This document shows, in pieces, positions 1 to 9,283 of a stretch of DNA of 64,000 bases. The notes under the pieces were generated by a model that saw only the letters and a list, made by a program, of their open reading frames with translations, was not told the origin of the DNA and made no database searches. Position numbers and translations under genes: made by a program. The DNA comes from Candidatus Zipacnadia bacterium (GTDB taxonomy: Bacteria; Armatimonadota; Zipacnadia; JALGUG01), in NCBI GenBank assembly GCA_029820995.1, contig JALGUG010000001.1, positions 36 to 64,035 on the forward strand, written 5' to 3'. Every line of letters starts with the position of its first letter. The first letter of the stretch is position 1.

Positions 1-447
1 ATTATCCGGCGCGATCTGGGCGTCGAAGTCGAGACCATGTCCGGCGCGGGGGCCGCCGGCGGGCTGGGCGCGGGCCTCGTAGCGTTTTGCAAGGCGCGTC
101 TGTGCAGCGGCGTGGACCTGGTTGTTGAGACGGTGGGCCTGCGGGAGCGCATGCAGGGGTCCGCGCTCGTCGTCACGGGTGAGGGGCAACTCGATGCCCA
201 GACCGTTCACGGGAAAACGCCGCTCGGCGTGGCCCGAGTGGCCGCCGATCTCGGCATCCCGGTTATTGCGCTTGCGGGATCGGTCACGGCGGAGGCTCGT
301 AGTCTCCACGACTGCCACTTTGGCGCCCTGTTCTCGCTGCCCAACGGTCCCCTGTCACTCGAGCAGGCGATGGACCCCGCGCGCGCCCGACATCTGCTGG
401 CCTTTGCCGCGGAGGAAGCCTTCCGTGCGGTTCTCCTGCAGATTTGA
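1..447 (+). CDS. Glycerate kinase, C-terminal fragment (5' end outside window)
   Basis: Frame 1 is open from base 1 to the TGA at 445-447. The translation ...LVVTGEGQLDAQTVHGKTPLGVARVAADLGIPVIALAGSV... matches the conserved C-terminal region of the GlxK/GarK family. Confidence 0.75.
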   Translation: MIRRDLGVEVETMSGAGAAGGLGAGLVAFCKARLCSGVDLVVETVGLRERMQGSALVVTGEGQLDAQTVHGKTPLGVARVAADLGIPVIALAGSVTAEARSLHDCHFGALFSLPNGPLSLEQAMDPARARHLLAFAAEEAFRAVLLQI

Positions 448-521
448 GGAGGACGCCGCCTCCCTGGTCGCGAAGCACCTCAGCGCGTATGTCGGCACAA
501 AACGCCTGTTGGGAGGAAGCC

Positions 522-1358
522 ATGGAAGTCGGATTGCTCACCTCGCCCTTTGCCCGCGAGCCGTTGGAGAACGTGCTGAAGTTCGCCGGACCCGCCGGTT
601 TTGATGCTCTGGAGGTCCACGCCGGGCCCGGGAGTCCGCACATTGACCCCTCCAAGCTCACCGCTGCCGAGGCCAGGAAAGCCGCAAAGGCGGTGGAGGC
701 CGCCGGGCTCCGCATCTCCAGCCTCGCCTTCTACGGCAACATCACGGCAGCCGATCCGAAAGAGGCGCAGGCCAACGTGGAGCATCTCAAGAAGGTGATT
801 GACGCCGCCGCCAAGCTGGGAGTGGACATCGTCTGCGCCAATGCGGGCCAGCCGCAGCCGGGCCTATCGCGTGAGGAGACGATCAAGCAGCACACGGCCA
901 AGGTCTACCGGAAGTTGGCGCCATACGCCGCCAAGAAGGGCATCAAGATTGCCCTCGAGAACTGGTTTGCGACCAATATGCAGAACATGCCGCAGTGGGA
1001 GCTGCTGTTTGATCTGGTGCCCGAGGAGAACTTCGGCCTGAACTTCGACCCCTCCCACCTGGCAAAGCTGTTCATTGACTGGCTGGCTGCCGTGGACCAG
1101 TGGGGACCGCGCATCTTCCACACGCACGCCAAGGACACCGAGATCCGTGAGCATGACCTGAGACGCATCGGCCACATCGAGAACGGCTGGTGGCGGTTCA
1201 CGATCCCGGGCTACGGTCTGATTGACTGGGGCGTGTACATTGCACGCTTGCGTCGGATCGGGTACAACAACGTGTTGAGCATCGAGCACGAAGACAGCGC
1301 TCTGGGGCGTGAGGAAGGGTTCCTGAAGGGCCTGCAACATCTGCGCCAGTTCGCATGA
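522..1358 (+). CDS. Sugar phosphate isomerase/epimerase (xylose isomerase-like TIM barrel)
   Basis: ORF 444..1358. I chose the ATG at 522 (MEVGLLTSPFA...) because GGGAGGAAG lies just upstream. The protein has the family pattern AFYGN...ALENW...NFDPSHL...HAKD...SIEHED. Confidence 0.8.
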   Translation: MEVGLLTSPFAREPLENVLKFAGPAGFDALEVHAGPGSPHIDPSKLTAAEARKAAKAVEAAGLRISSLAFYGNITAADPKEAQANVEHLKKVIDAAAKLGVDIVCANAGQPQPGLSREETIKQHTAKVYRKLAPYAAKKGIKIALENWFATNMQNMPQWELLFDLVPEENFGLNFDPSHLAKLFIDWLAAVDQWGPRIFHTHAKDTEIREHDLRRIGHIENGWWRFTIPGYGLIDWGVYIARLRRIGYNNVLSIEHEDSALGREEGFLKGLQHLRQFA

Positions 1359-1425
1359 CAGCGCGCAGGCCCGGATTTCGGCCTGCGGCACTGCGCCGAC
1401 CTCGAGCACAAGGGAGGAACGCCCG

Positions 1426-1800
1426 ATGGCCCGCAAGATCCGGATTACTGCCGGCGACGTCTCCGCCGAGGCCGAACTGAACGATTCGCCCATGGCCGAC
1501 CTGATCTGGGAGGCCCTGCCGATTGAAGGCAGCGGCTCCACCTGGGGCGACGAGATCTACTTCTCCATACCGGTCCACACGGGAGAGGCCGACGACGCCC
1601 GGGCCGTGGTGGAAATGGGCGACCTGGGCTACTGGCCCCCCGGCAATGCCTTCTGCATTTTCTACGGGCCGACGCCCATGAGCGCGGGCGACGACATTCG
1701 CCCCGCCAGTCCGGTCAACGTCTTCGGCAAGGTCATCGGCGACCCGACGGTGTTCAAACGGGGCAATGCCGGGAAGATGAGCGTGGAGAAGGTGGAGTAG
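1426..1800 (+). CDS. Cyclophilin-like fold protein (small, uncharacterised family)
   Basis: 124 aa. MARKIRITAGDVS..AELNDSP.A..IWEALP..G...WGDEIYF.....LGYWPPGNAFCIFYGPTP is typical of the cyclophilin-like superfamily. AGGGAGGAA lies upstream. Confidence 0.6.
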   Translation: MARKIRITAGDVSAEAELNDSPMADLIWEALPIEGSGSTWGDEIYFSIPVHTGEADDARAVVEMGDLGYWPPGNAFCIFYGPTPMSAGDDIRPASPVNVFGKVIGDPTVFKRGNAGKMSVEKVE

Positions 1801-1802
1801 CT

Positions 1803-2028
1803 GAGGTAACGACTGGTGTTCTTACCACGGAGGCACTGAGAACACAGCGACTACAGGGAACGCCGAAGAGAACGGCAGTATTAGGGATCGTGGTGATGGC
1901 AGGGATGCCGGTCCGCATAGGCCAGCACAGTCCTTCATGCTTCCTAAGGGAAGCGGTGCGGCCACGGTGTTCTTCCTCGAGATCTGCTTTGCGTTCGGTG
2001 CTCTCCGTGTCTCTGTGGTGAAGACCTC
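1803..2028. repeat. Intergenic element with inverted termini, copy A (MITE-like or structured-RNA family); the partner copy is at 23800..23958 in the opposite orientation
   Basis: Colinear blocks are shared with the reverse complement of 23800..23958: ACCACGGAG (1824-1832), AGAGAACGGCAGTATTAGGGATCG (1867-1890), CTGCTTTGC (1984-1992) and CTCCGTG...TGGTGAAG (2003-2023). The termini are GAGGT...CTTACCACGGAG and CTCCGTG..GGTGAAGACCTC. TAGCT flanks both ends (1798-1802 and 2029-2033). GC content is locally lower. Confidence 0.4.
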
Positions 2029-2061
2029 TAGCTGCTGGTCCGCGATGTGGGGGGGAGAAGA

Positions 2062-3618
2062 GTGCCGTATTACATCGGAATTGACGTGGGCACGACCGGC
2101 GCCAAAACGCTGTTGATCAATGACGCGGGCGAGGTTCTCGCCTCCGCGGCTCCGGAGTACCCACTGCATACACCGCGGCCTCAGTGGGCCGAGCAGGACC
2201 CCGCGGACTGGTGGGCCGCGACCTGCGAGGCGTGCCGTGCCGTCCTCACCCGCGCGGGCGTGAGCAAAGACGAGGTGGCGGGAGTCGGTCTGTCCGGGCA
2301 GATGCACGGGTCCGTGTTCCTCGACGCCGAGCACCGGGTCATCCGCCCCGCGATCTTGTGGTGTGATCAGCGCACCGGCAAGCAGTGCGAGTGGATCACC
2401 GAAACGGTCGGCGAGAATGTCGTCATCGAGGAGACCTGCAACCCCGTCCTGACCGGTTTCACGGCCCCCAAGATCGTCTGGTTGCGTGACAACGAGCCCG
2501 AGAACTTCGGTCGGGTGCGCAAGATCTTGCTGCCGAAGGACTACATTCGGTTCAAGCTGACCAATGACTTCGCGACCGAGGTCTCCGACGCCTCCGGCAC
2601 GTCTCTGCTGAACGTTCGCCGGCGAGCTTGGTCCGCAAGGATGGTCGAGGGCATCGGGCTATCGCTGGACATGCTGCCTCGCGTGGTAGAATCTCCGGAG
2701 GTGACCGGCAAGATCACGCCCGAGGCGGCCGAGGAGTGCGGCTTGGCGCCGGGCACGCCGGTGGTCGGCGGGGGCGGCGATCAGGCCGCCGGAGGCGTGG
2801 GCAACGGTATCGTGGAGCCTGGGCTAGTCTCCTCGACCGTCGGGACCTCGGGCGTGGTCTTCGCCCATCTCGACGAGCCGCTCATGGACCAGAAGCTCCG
2901 CACCCATACCTTCTGCCACGCCGTTCCCGGCAAGTGGCATGTGATGGGCGTCGTGCTGTCGGCCGGCGGCTCGCTCCGCTGGCTCCGGGACGAGGTCTGT
3001 GGGCCCGAGCGTGAAGCGGCCGGCCTGCTGGACGTGGACCCGTACGAGATCATGACCGCCCAGGCCGCCAAGGCGCCCGTCGGCTCCGAGGGCCTACTGT
3101 TCCTGCCGTATCTGACTGGCGAACGCACGCCGTACGCCGATCCGAACGCCAAGGGCGTGTTCTGCGGTCTCACGCTGCGGCACACGCGGGAGTATCTGAT
3201 CCGCGCTGTGCTGGAGGGGGTGGCGTTCTCGCTGCGCGATTCGTTCGAGATCATCAAGGCCCTGGGGCTGACCATCAAACAGGTCCGCGCCTCCGGTGGT
3301 GGCGCTCGCAGCCGGCTGTGGCGCCAGGTCCAGGCCGATGTCACCCATGAGGCCCACAGTACCATCAGCGCCACGGAGGGGCCGGCGTATGGCGTCGCGC
3401 TGCTGGCTGCGGTCGGCACGGGCACGTTCAAGTCCGTCGAGGAGGCGTGCCGGGCGACCATTGCGGTCGTGGACACCTGTGAGCCGCGCCCGGAGGCCTC
3501 GCAAGTCTACGATGAACTCTATCCCGTGTACCAGTCTCTATACGCGCGACTGAAGCCACTGTTCGATCAAACAAGTGAGCTAGTCGCGGCGTGGCAGGCC
3601 AAGGAACGGGGCACTTGA
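2062..3618 (+). CDS. xylB: Xylulokinase (FGGY carbohydrate kinase family)
   Basis: ORF 2047..3618. I preferred the GTG at 2062 (VPYYIGIDVGTTGAK), which has GGAG 5 nt upstream. The sequence shows FGGY motifs throughout (GLSGQMHG, GGGDQAAGGVGNG, ASGGGARS). Confidence 0.85.
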   Translation: MPYYIGIDVGTTGAKTLLINDAGEVLASAAPEYPLHTPRPQWAEQDPADWWAATCEACRAVLTRAGVSKDEVAGVGLSGQMHGSVFLDAEHRVIRPAILWCDQRTGKQCEWITETVGENVVIEETCNPVLTGFTAPKIVWLRDNEPENFGRVRKILLPKDYIRFKLTNDFATEVSDASGTSLLNVRRRAWSARMVEGIGLSLDMLPRVVESPEVTGKITPEAAEECGLAPGTPVVGGGGDQAAGGVGNGIVEPGLVSSTVGTSGVVFAHLDEPLMDQKLRTHTFCHAVPGKWHVMGVVLSAGGSLRWLRDEVCGPEREAAGLLDVDPYEIMTAQAAKAPVGSEGLLFLPYLTGERTPYADPNAKGVFCGLTLRHTREYLIRAVLEGVAFSLRDSFEIIKALGLTIKQVRASGGGARSRLWRQVQADVTHEAHSTISATEGPAYGVALLAAVGTGTFKSVEEACRATIAVVDTCEPRPEASQVYDELYPVYQSLYARLKPLFDQTSELVAAWQAKERGT

Positions 3619-3674
3619 CCCGACCAGGGCCTGCCGCCCTGCGACTATCCCTGTGCGCGTGTATCCGACCCCCT

Positions 3675-3703
3675 TTGACTCGCACCCTTGGCCGTGCTAT
3701 CAT
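3675..3703 (+). promoter_or_regulatory. Candidate sigma70-type promoter upstream of the galT-like gene
   Basis: TTGACT (3675-3680), a 17-nt spacer, then TATCAT (3698-3703). It lies in the 198-nt intergenic region before the ATG at 3817. Confidence 0.4.
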
Positions 3704-3816
3704 TTCTGCTGTGACACCTGCATTGCCGATGGGACGTCAAAGGCGGGCACCCATGGATGGACTGGGCCGTACAGCGACGGATATGTCCAGCATAAGAGCC
3801 CTCTAGGATGTGATCT

Positions 3817-4848
3817 ATGCCACAGTTACGCAAGGACCCGATCGTGGACCGCTGGGTGATTATCGCGACCGAGCGAGGCCGACGGCCCTCGGATTTCGCG
3901 CACGATCCGGTGCGCGTGGATGACCGCTCGTGTCCGTTCTGCCCTGGGAATGAGCACATGACGCCTGACGAGGTGTTTGCAGTGCGTGACGGGGACGGAG
4001 CGCCCTGGTCGGTGCGCGTCGTGCCCAACAAGTTCCCGGCACTGGAAATTGAGGGGGGGTTGGACCGGGAGGGCGTGGGGATGTTCGATCAGATGAACGG
4101 GGTGGGTGCTCATGAGGTGGTCATAGAATCGCCGGACCATCAGGCCGAACTGTGCGAGATGCCTGCGGAGCAGATTGTGAAGGTGCTGACGACCTTCCAG
4201 CACAGAGTTGAGGACCTGCGCGGCGACCCGCGCTTCCGGCACACGGTGATCTTCCGGAACTACGGTTCGGTGGCGGGTGCATCGCTCTCGCATCCGCATT
4301 CGCAACTTATTGCGCTGCCTATCATGCCGCAATTGGTGCGTGCCAAGCTGCAAGCGGCACGCGAGCACTACGCACACAAGGAGCGGTGCATTTTCTGTGA
4401 CCTGATCAAGCAGGAGCTGGACTTCGGCGACCGCTTGGTGGCGGCGACGGACTACTTCGTGACCGTCTCGCCTTTCGCTTCCCGCTTTCCCTTTGAACTG
4501 GCTGTGTATCCGCGCCGCCACTGTCACGACATCGTGCTGGCCACAGAAGAGGAGACATGGGCCCTGGCGCACACCTTGATTGACATCCTGGGACGCATGA
4601 AGTCCACGCTGGACAACCCGGCGTACAACATGATTATCCAGACCTCCCCCAGCATACGTCCAAGGCCGGGCCGGCCTGACTACTGGGGCACGATCGAGAT
4701 GGACTACCACTGGCACATCGAGATCTTCCCGCGGTTGACCAAGATGGCGGGCTTCGAGTGGGGCACCGGCTTTTACATTAACCCAGTGGCGCCCGAGGAG
4801 GCCACGCAACACCTGCGGAACAGCAGGAGGCAGGCGGTCGCCTCTTAG
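3817..4848 (+). CDS. galT: Galactose-1-phosphate uridylyltransferase family protein (HIT superfamily; possibly a nucleotide-sugar phosphorylase)
   Basis: 343 aa. It has the zinc motif CPFCPGNE and the catalytic SHPHSQ (His-Pro-His) motif, and the length matches class I GalT-family enzymes. Confidence 0.75.
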   Translation: MPQLRKDPIVDRWVIIATERGRRPSDFAHDPVRVDDRSCPFCPGNEHMTPDEVFAVRDGDGAPWSVRVVPNKFPALEIEGGLDREGVGMFDQMNGVGAHEVVIESPDHQAELCEMPAEQIVKVLTTFQHRVEDLRGDPRFRHTVIFRNYGSVAGASLSHPHSQLIALPIMPQLVRAKLQAAREHYAHKERCIFCDLIKQELDFGDRLVAATDYFVTVSPFASRFPFELAVYPRRHCHDIVLATEEETWALAHTLIDILGRMKSTLDNPAYNMIIQTSPSIRPRPGRPDYWGTIEMDYHWHIEIFPRLTKMAGFEWGTGFYINPVAPEEATQHLRNSRRQAVAS

Positions 4849-4868
4849 GCATACGTAGGGGAAGCATC

Positions 4869-7499
4869 ATGGACGATGCGACAACGAGGACCCGAGTGGC
4901 CGAGCTGTTGGCCGAACGGCGGGACGAGTTGATCGAGCGGACGAGAGAGAGGTTGGCGCAGGCCTCGCCGTCCCCGGGGGTGTGCACGCCGGAGTGCCGC
5001 CGAGCTGAGCATGCCGAGGAGCGGGCGACGGCCCTGATCGAGGCGTTGACAAGCGGCCTGGTCGGCACCGCAGACGAGACGCGCACACAGGCTCTGGCGG
5101 AGCTCGTGCGGCACGACGTCGGGGAGGCCTGCACGTTGGCCTGCCTGTTGAGTTGCGCCGGAGTGGCTGAGCGGAGCGCCCGTGCAGCAGTGCAACAGGC
5201 GCTGGCGGAGCCGGAGTTGGAGCCGGCGCTGGAGGCACTGTCGGAGGCCGCGGACCGCGTTCGCGTGTACCTCAGCGAGGCCGGCGCGGTCCCCCACGCG
5301 GAGACCGAACCGGGGCTGCAAGACCAATACCGCAAACTCATCGAGAACGCGAGTGATGCGATCTTTGTCGTGGACACGACGGATGGTCGGATCGTTCTGG
5401 CCAACCCGGCTGCGTCGGCGCTGACCGGCTATGCGCACGATGACCTCATCGGTCTGAGCGTGTTCGAACTGGATCCAAGGCGAGAGCAAGAGGACTGGCA
5501 GAATTTGTTCGTCCAGTTGCGGCAATTGAGGCAAGTGTCGCTGCTGGAGCGCGATCTCAGGCGCCGGGACGGTTCGACGATCTCAGTGGACATCTCGGCC
5601 TCGTCCTTTGAGCACGAGGGGCGCATGTTCGCGTCGGCCATTGTGCGCGACAGTTCCGAGCGGCAGCATCTGGAGGAGAACCTGGCGCGCCACGCTGCCG
5701 AGCTGCAGTCGGCAGTAGACGCTCACGTGATCGAACTGCGACGCCTGAAGGAGCTCAACGAGCGCATCGTCGAGAGCCTGCCGTCGCGTCTGATCCTGCT
5801 GGACGATCAGCTCACTGTCGTGCATGCCAACGCCGCCTACTGTCGGCAGCGCGGCGTGAGCCGGGAGGAGATGGAGGGCAAGCCTCTGGCCGAGGTCTTT
5901 CCCGAGTCGCTAATGGTCGAGGCCGGGCTGGAGGAGGCCATTCGGCATACGCTCGATACCGGCCAAACGAAGCGATGGGCGGGCTACCGACACGCGACGG
6001 CGGGCCATCCGGAGCGAATCCTGAACATCCGGCTGGATCGAGTGGATGCACCCGGGCGCCGACTGCTGTTGGTAGCAATTGACGATGTGACCGAGGACGC
6101 GCGGCGGATGTACGAGCTGTCCATGCTCTCGCAGATCGCGCGCGCCATGCAGGGCACCTTAGAGCTGGACCGTCTGCTGTTCGCGATTCTGACCTGTGTG
6201 ACAGCCGGGCCGGCGGTGGGGCTGGGCTTCAATCGCGCCTTTCTGCTCCTGGCAGATGAGGAGAAGCAAGAACTGGTGTGTCGGTTGGCCGTGGGCCCGG
6301 AGAGCGCCGAGCACGCCGCGCAGATTTGGGGGGAGATCTCCCAGCAGTTGCGCTCGCTGGACGACTTCGTGGCCGAGTACGATCATATCGCCTCATTGCC
6401 CGAACCGCCGCTGCATGGCATAGTCAGTCAACTCCGGTTCCCGCTGTCGCGGACCGACGAAGTGGTCGTAATGTCTGTTCAGAATCGGCAGCCCTACCAC
6501 ATCCGCCAGGCCAGTACCGACCCCCGAGTGAGCGACGAGCTCCGCGCGCTACTGGGGGCGGAAGAGTTCGTCGTGGTGCCTCTGGTGGCGCGGGATCGAG
6601 TGATCGGCGTGGTGCTGGCAGATAATCTATATAGCCAACAGCCGATCGGTCCGATGGACGTGCAGCTCCTCACCCGATTCGCCGACCAGGCCGCCCTGGC
6701 GCTGGACAATGCCTGGGCCTACCAGCGTCTGGCGGACCGGGCCACGGAATTGCAGGAGGCTTATCGCCAGCTTGCCGAGGCTCAGGAGCAGGTTCTGCGA
6801 ACCGAGAGGCTGGCGACGGTGGGCGAAATGGCCGCCCACGTGGCCCACGAGATCCGCAATCCGCTGGCCACCATCGGCGGATTTGCTCGGTCCATCGCGC
6901 GCCACCCGGACAAAGTTGACCGCGTGAAGAGGAACGTTGACATTATCGTCGAAGAGACGGACCGACTGGAACATATCCTCCACAACTTGCTCGACTTTGC
7001 GCGACCGCGCCAACCCGAGTTTGCGGTGCACGAGGTGGCGGGTTTTCTGGCCGACTTGGAGCCGCTGGTAAGGGAGGATATTGACGACAAACCTGTGGAA
7101 TTGCAGATCGCTCAGACCGGGGAGTGTCCCCCGGTGGAGATGGATCGGGCCCAGATGCGACAGGTGCTGCTCAATCTGACCAAGAACGCAATCCAGGCCA
7201 TGCCTGACGGCGGACAGTTGAGCCTCACGGCGAGCAGCGAGGATGACTATGTGGAGCTGGTGGTAACGGACACGGGCCAGGGCATTGCGCCCGAGGTTTT
7301 GGACGATATCTTCGAGCCCTTCTTCACCACCAAGCCGGGCGGGTCCGGGCTCGGCTTGGCCGTAACCCGGCAGATCGTGGCCGACCATCACGGCGAGCTG
7401 CGGGTGACGAGCGAATTGGGCTCCGGCAGCAGCTTCGTGGTGCGCCTGCCGGTGCGGCAGCCGGCCAGTGAGCCCGAGGTCGAGCCGCCCAAAGTATGA
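4869..7499 (+). CDS. Cytoplasmic sensor histidine kinase (two PAS domains, GAF, HisKA, HATPase_c)
   Basis: 876 aa with no obvious TM segments. It has PAS-like segments, a GAF-like segment, the H-box HEIRNPL, N-box LLNLTKNAIQA, and G-boxes DTGQGI and GGSGLGLA. Confidence 0.85.
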   Translation: MDDATTRTRVAELLAERRDELIERTRERLAQASPSPGVCTPECRRAEHAEERATALIEALTSGLVGTADETRTQALAELVRHDVGEACTLACLLSCAGVAERSARAAVQQALAEPELEPALEALSEAADRVRVYLSEAGAVPHAETEPGLQDQYRKLIENASDAIFVVDTTDGRIVLANPAASALTGYAHDDLIGLSVFELDPRREQEDWQNLFVQLRQLRQVSLLERDLRRRDGSTISVDISASSFEHEGRMFASAIVRDSSERQHLEENLARHAAELQSAVDAHVIELRRLKELNERIVESLPSRLILLDDQLTVVHANAAYCRQRGVSREEMEGKPLAEVFPESLMVEAGLEEAIRHTLDTGQTKRWAGYRHATAGHPERILNIRLDRVDAPGRRLLLVAIDDVTEDARRMYELSMLSQIARAMQGTLELDRLLFAILTCVTAGPAVGLGFNRAFLLLADEEKQELVCRLAVGPESAEHAAQIWGEISQQLRSLDDFVAEYDHIASLPEPPLHGIVSQLRFPLSRTDEVVVMSVQNRQPYHIRQASTDPRVSDELRALLGAEEFVVVPLVARDRVIGVVLADNLYSQQPIGPMDVQLLTRFADQAALALDNAWAYQRLADRATELQEAYRQLAEAQEQVLRTERLATVGEMAAHVAHEIRNPLATIGGFARSIARHPDKVDRVKRNVDIIVEETDRLEHILHNLLDFARPRQPEFAVHEVAGFLADLEPLVREDIDDKPVELQIAQTGECPPVEMDRAQMRQVLLNLTKNAIQAMPDGGQLSLTASSEDDYVELVVTDTGQGIAPEVLDDIFEPFFTTKPGGSGLGLAVTRQIVADHHGELRVTSELGSGSSFVVRLPVRQPASEPEVEPPKV

Positions 7500-7563
7500 C
7501 GAGAGCGACATGGCTGTGGCCTGCGCGAGAGCTCATGGCGTGTTTCAGAGAGGAGGGTAAGGT

Positions 7564-7941
7564 GTGGCCCGCATTCTGGTGGTGGATGACGACGAGAAGC
7601 TACGGTTGCTGTATCAGGAACGGTTGGAGGAGGAAGGCTACGAGGTGATTCTGGCGGCTGACGGAGGGGAAGCGCTGCGTCGGGCCCAAGAAGATAAGCC
7701 CGACGTAGTCGTCCTGGACATCGCCATGCCGGTGATGGACGGAATTGATGCCTTGATCCGAATTCTCGAGCACGACAACAAGCTGCCCGTCATTCTCAAT
7801 ACGGCGTACGGCAGCTACAAGGAGAACTTCATGACCTGGGCGGCGCGGGCATACGTTGTGAAGTCAGGGGACCTGTCTGAACTGCTCGAGCGCATTCGAG
7901 AGGCCCTGGAAGTTCCCCGGCCCGGGGAGGCTCCGGGGTAG
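7564..7941 (+). CDS. Single-domain response regulator (CheY-like receiver)
   Basis: 125 aa with a GTG start. MARILVVDDDE...VVVLDIAMPVMDG...LNTA...K is the canonical receiver signature. Confidence 0.85.
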   Translation: MARILVVDDDEKLRLLYQERLEEEGYEVILAADGGEALRRAQEDKPDVVVLDIAMPVMDGIDALIRILEHDNKLPVILNTAYGSYKENFMTWAARAYVVKSGDLSELLERIREALEVPRPGEAPG

Positions 7942-8002
7942 CGGAGTTAGGCTCCAGCTCCTTTCCCCACAGGCGATCTGATTCCACAGTGAGCTTGGCT
8001 TC

Positions 8003-9226
8003 ATGTTACTTGATCTGCAGCGCAAGTGCGCCGTGTTCATCCTCGCCGGAGGCGAGGGACAGCGTTTGGCTCCCCTCACGCTTCACCGAGCGAAGCCGGC
8101 GGTGCCCTTCGGTGGCGTCTACCGCATTATTGATTTCACGCTGTCCAATTGCCTGAACTCCGGTCTGCGGCGCATCTATGTCCTCACGCAATATGCCTCC
8201 ACCTCGCTGGCCCGGCATCTGCGGAACGGGTGGAATATCTTTCACGGCGAGCTGGGTGAATTCATCCTGCAGGTGCCTCCGCAGAGAATCCACAGTGACC
8301 GATTCTACGCCGGCACCGCCGACGCCATCTATCAGAATCTTGCGCTGCTGCAGGACGAACGTCCCGAGCACGTGGTCGTGCTCTCGGGCGACCACGTCTA
8401 CAAGATGGACTACGCAGAGATGGTTCGCTGTCACGAGGAGCACAAGGCGGACCTCACCATCGCGTGCTGTGCCATGCCCCGGGAGCAGTGCACGCAATTG
8501 GGTGTGGCTGAGGCGGCGGACGACGGCCGGATCAGGGGCTTCCAGGAGAAGCCGGCGGACCCTCAGCCGATGCCCGAGGACCCGAGCCGGTCGTTGGCCA
8601 ACATGGGCGTGTACGTATTCCGGACCGAGGTGCTGGTGCAGCGGGTGATCGAAGACGCGCGGGAAGACACTGAACACGATTTCGGCCGAAACGTGATTCC
8701 GCAGATGATTGAGCGCGACCGCGTGTTTGCGTACCCGTTTCAGCAGGACGAAGGCCGGACCGCGAGCTATTGGCGGGACATCGGCACGCTGGATAGCTAC
8801 TGGGCGGCCAATATGGACCTGGTGGAGATCGTGCCGGAGTTCAACCTGTACGACCGCGCTTGGCCGATACGAACCTTTCAGCCCCAGCACCCGCCGGCCA
8901 AGACGATCGTGGTCTCGCGGCACGGTCCCACCGCAGTAACAAACACGCTCTTGTCGGCCGGGTGCGTCGTGAGCAGTGCGCACGTCAACCGGAGCGTCTT
9001 GTCGCCCGGCGTGCGGGTGCGCGAGGGCAGCAAGGTATCCGAGAGCGTTTTGATGGAGGACGTTGACGTCGGCGCGGGCAGCGTGATCCACCGCACTATC
9101 GTCGATTCGGGCGTTCAGATCCCACCAGGCACACAAATCGGTGTGGACCTCGGCCAGGATCGCCGTCGGTTCACCGTCACCCACAGCGGGATTGTGGTGG
9201 TCCCTCGCCGGGCTGTTTTCGAGTAG
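8003..9226 (+). CDS. glgC: Glucose-1-phosphate adenylyltransferase
   Basis: 407 aa. It contains ILAGGEGQRLAPLT..RAKPAVPFGG.YRIIDF.LSNC.NSG, then a C-terminal left-handed beta-helix region. Confidence 0.9.
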   Translation: MLLDLQRKCAVFILAGGEGQRLAPLTLHRAKPAVPFGGVYRIIDFTLSNCLNSGLRRIYVLTQYASTSLARHLRNGWNIFHGELGEFILQVPPQRIHSDRFYAGTADAIYQNLALLQDERPEHVVVLSGDHVYKMDYAEMVRCHEEHKADLTIACCAMPREQCTQLGVAEAADDGRIRGFQEKPADPQPMPEDPSRSLANMGVYVFRTEVLVQRVIEDAREDTEHDFGRNVIPQMIERDRVFAYPFQQDEGRTASYWRDIGTLDSYWAANMDLVEIVPEFNLYDRAWPIRTFQPQHPPAKTIVVSRHGPTAVTNTLLSAGCVVSSAHVNRSVLSPGVRVREGSKVSESVLMEDVDVGAGSVIHRTIVDSGVQIPPGTQIGVDLGQDRRRFTVTHSGIVVVPRRAVFE

Positions 9227-9283
9227 GCACAAGGACTGAGGCCTGCTTGCTGCGGCCGAAGCCGACGGAGAGGAGCGCGGAGC

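Noticed and set aside
8006-9232. Very long antisense ORFs opposite real genes. Examples are 8006..9232(-) against glgC, 3826..4812(-) against galT, 19509..20879(+) against the NHL/AAA genes, 24931..26139(+), 16224..17207(-), 62752..63852(-), 47196..48383(+) and 37329..38114(+).
   Set aside because: These are typical high-GC shadow ORFs. Their translations are Arg/Ala/Gly/Pro-rich and match no recognisable family. In every case the opposite strand encodes a protein with clear conserved motifs.
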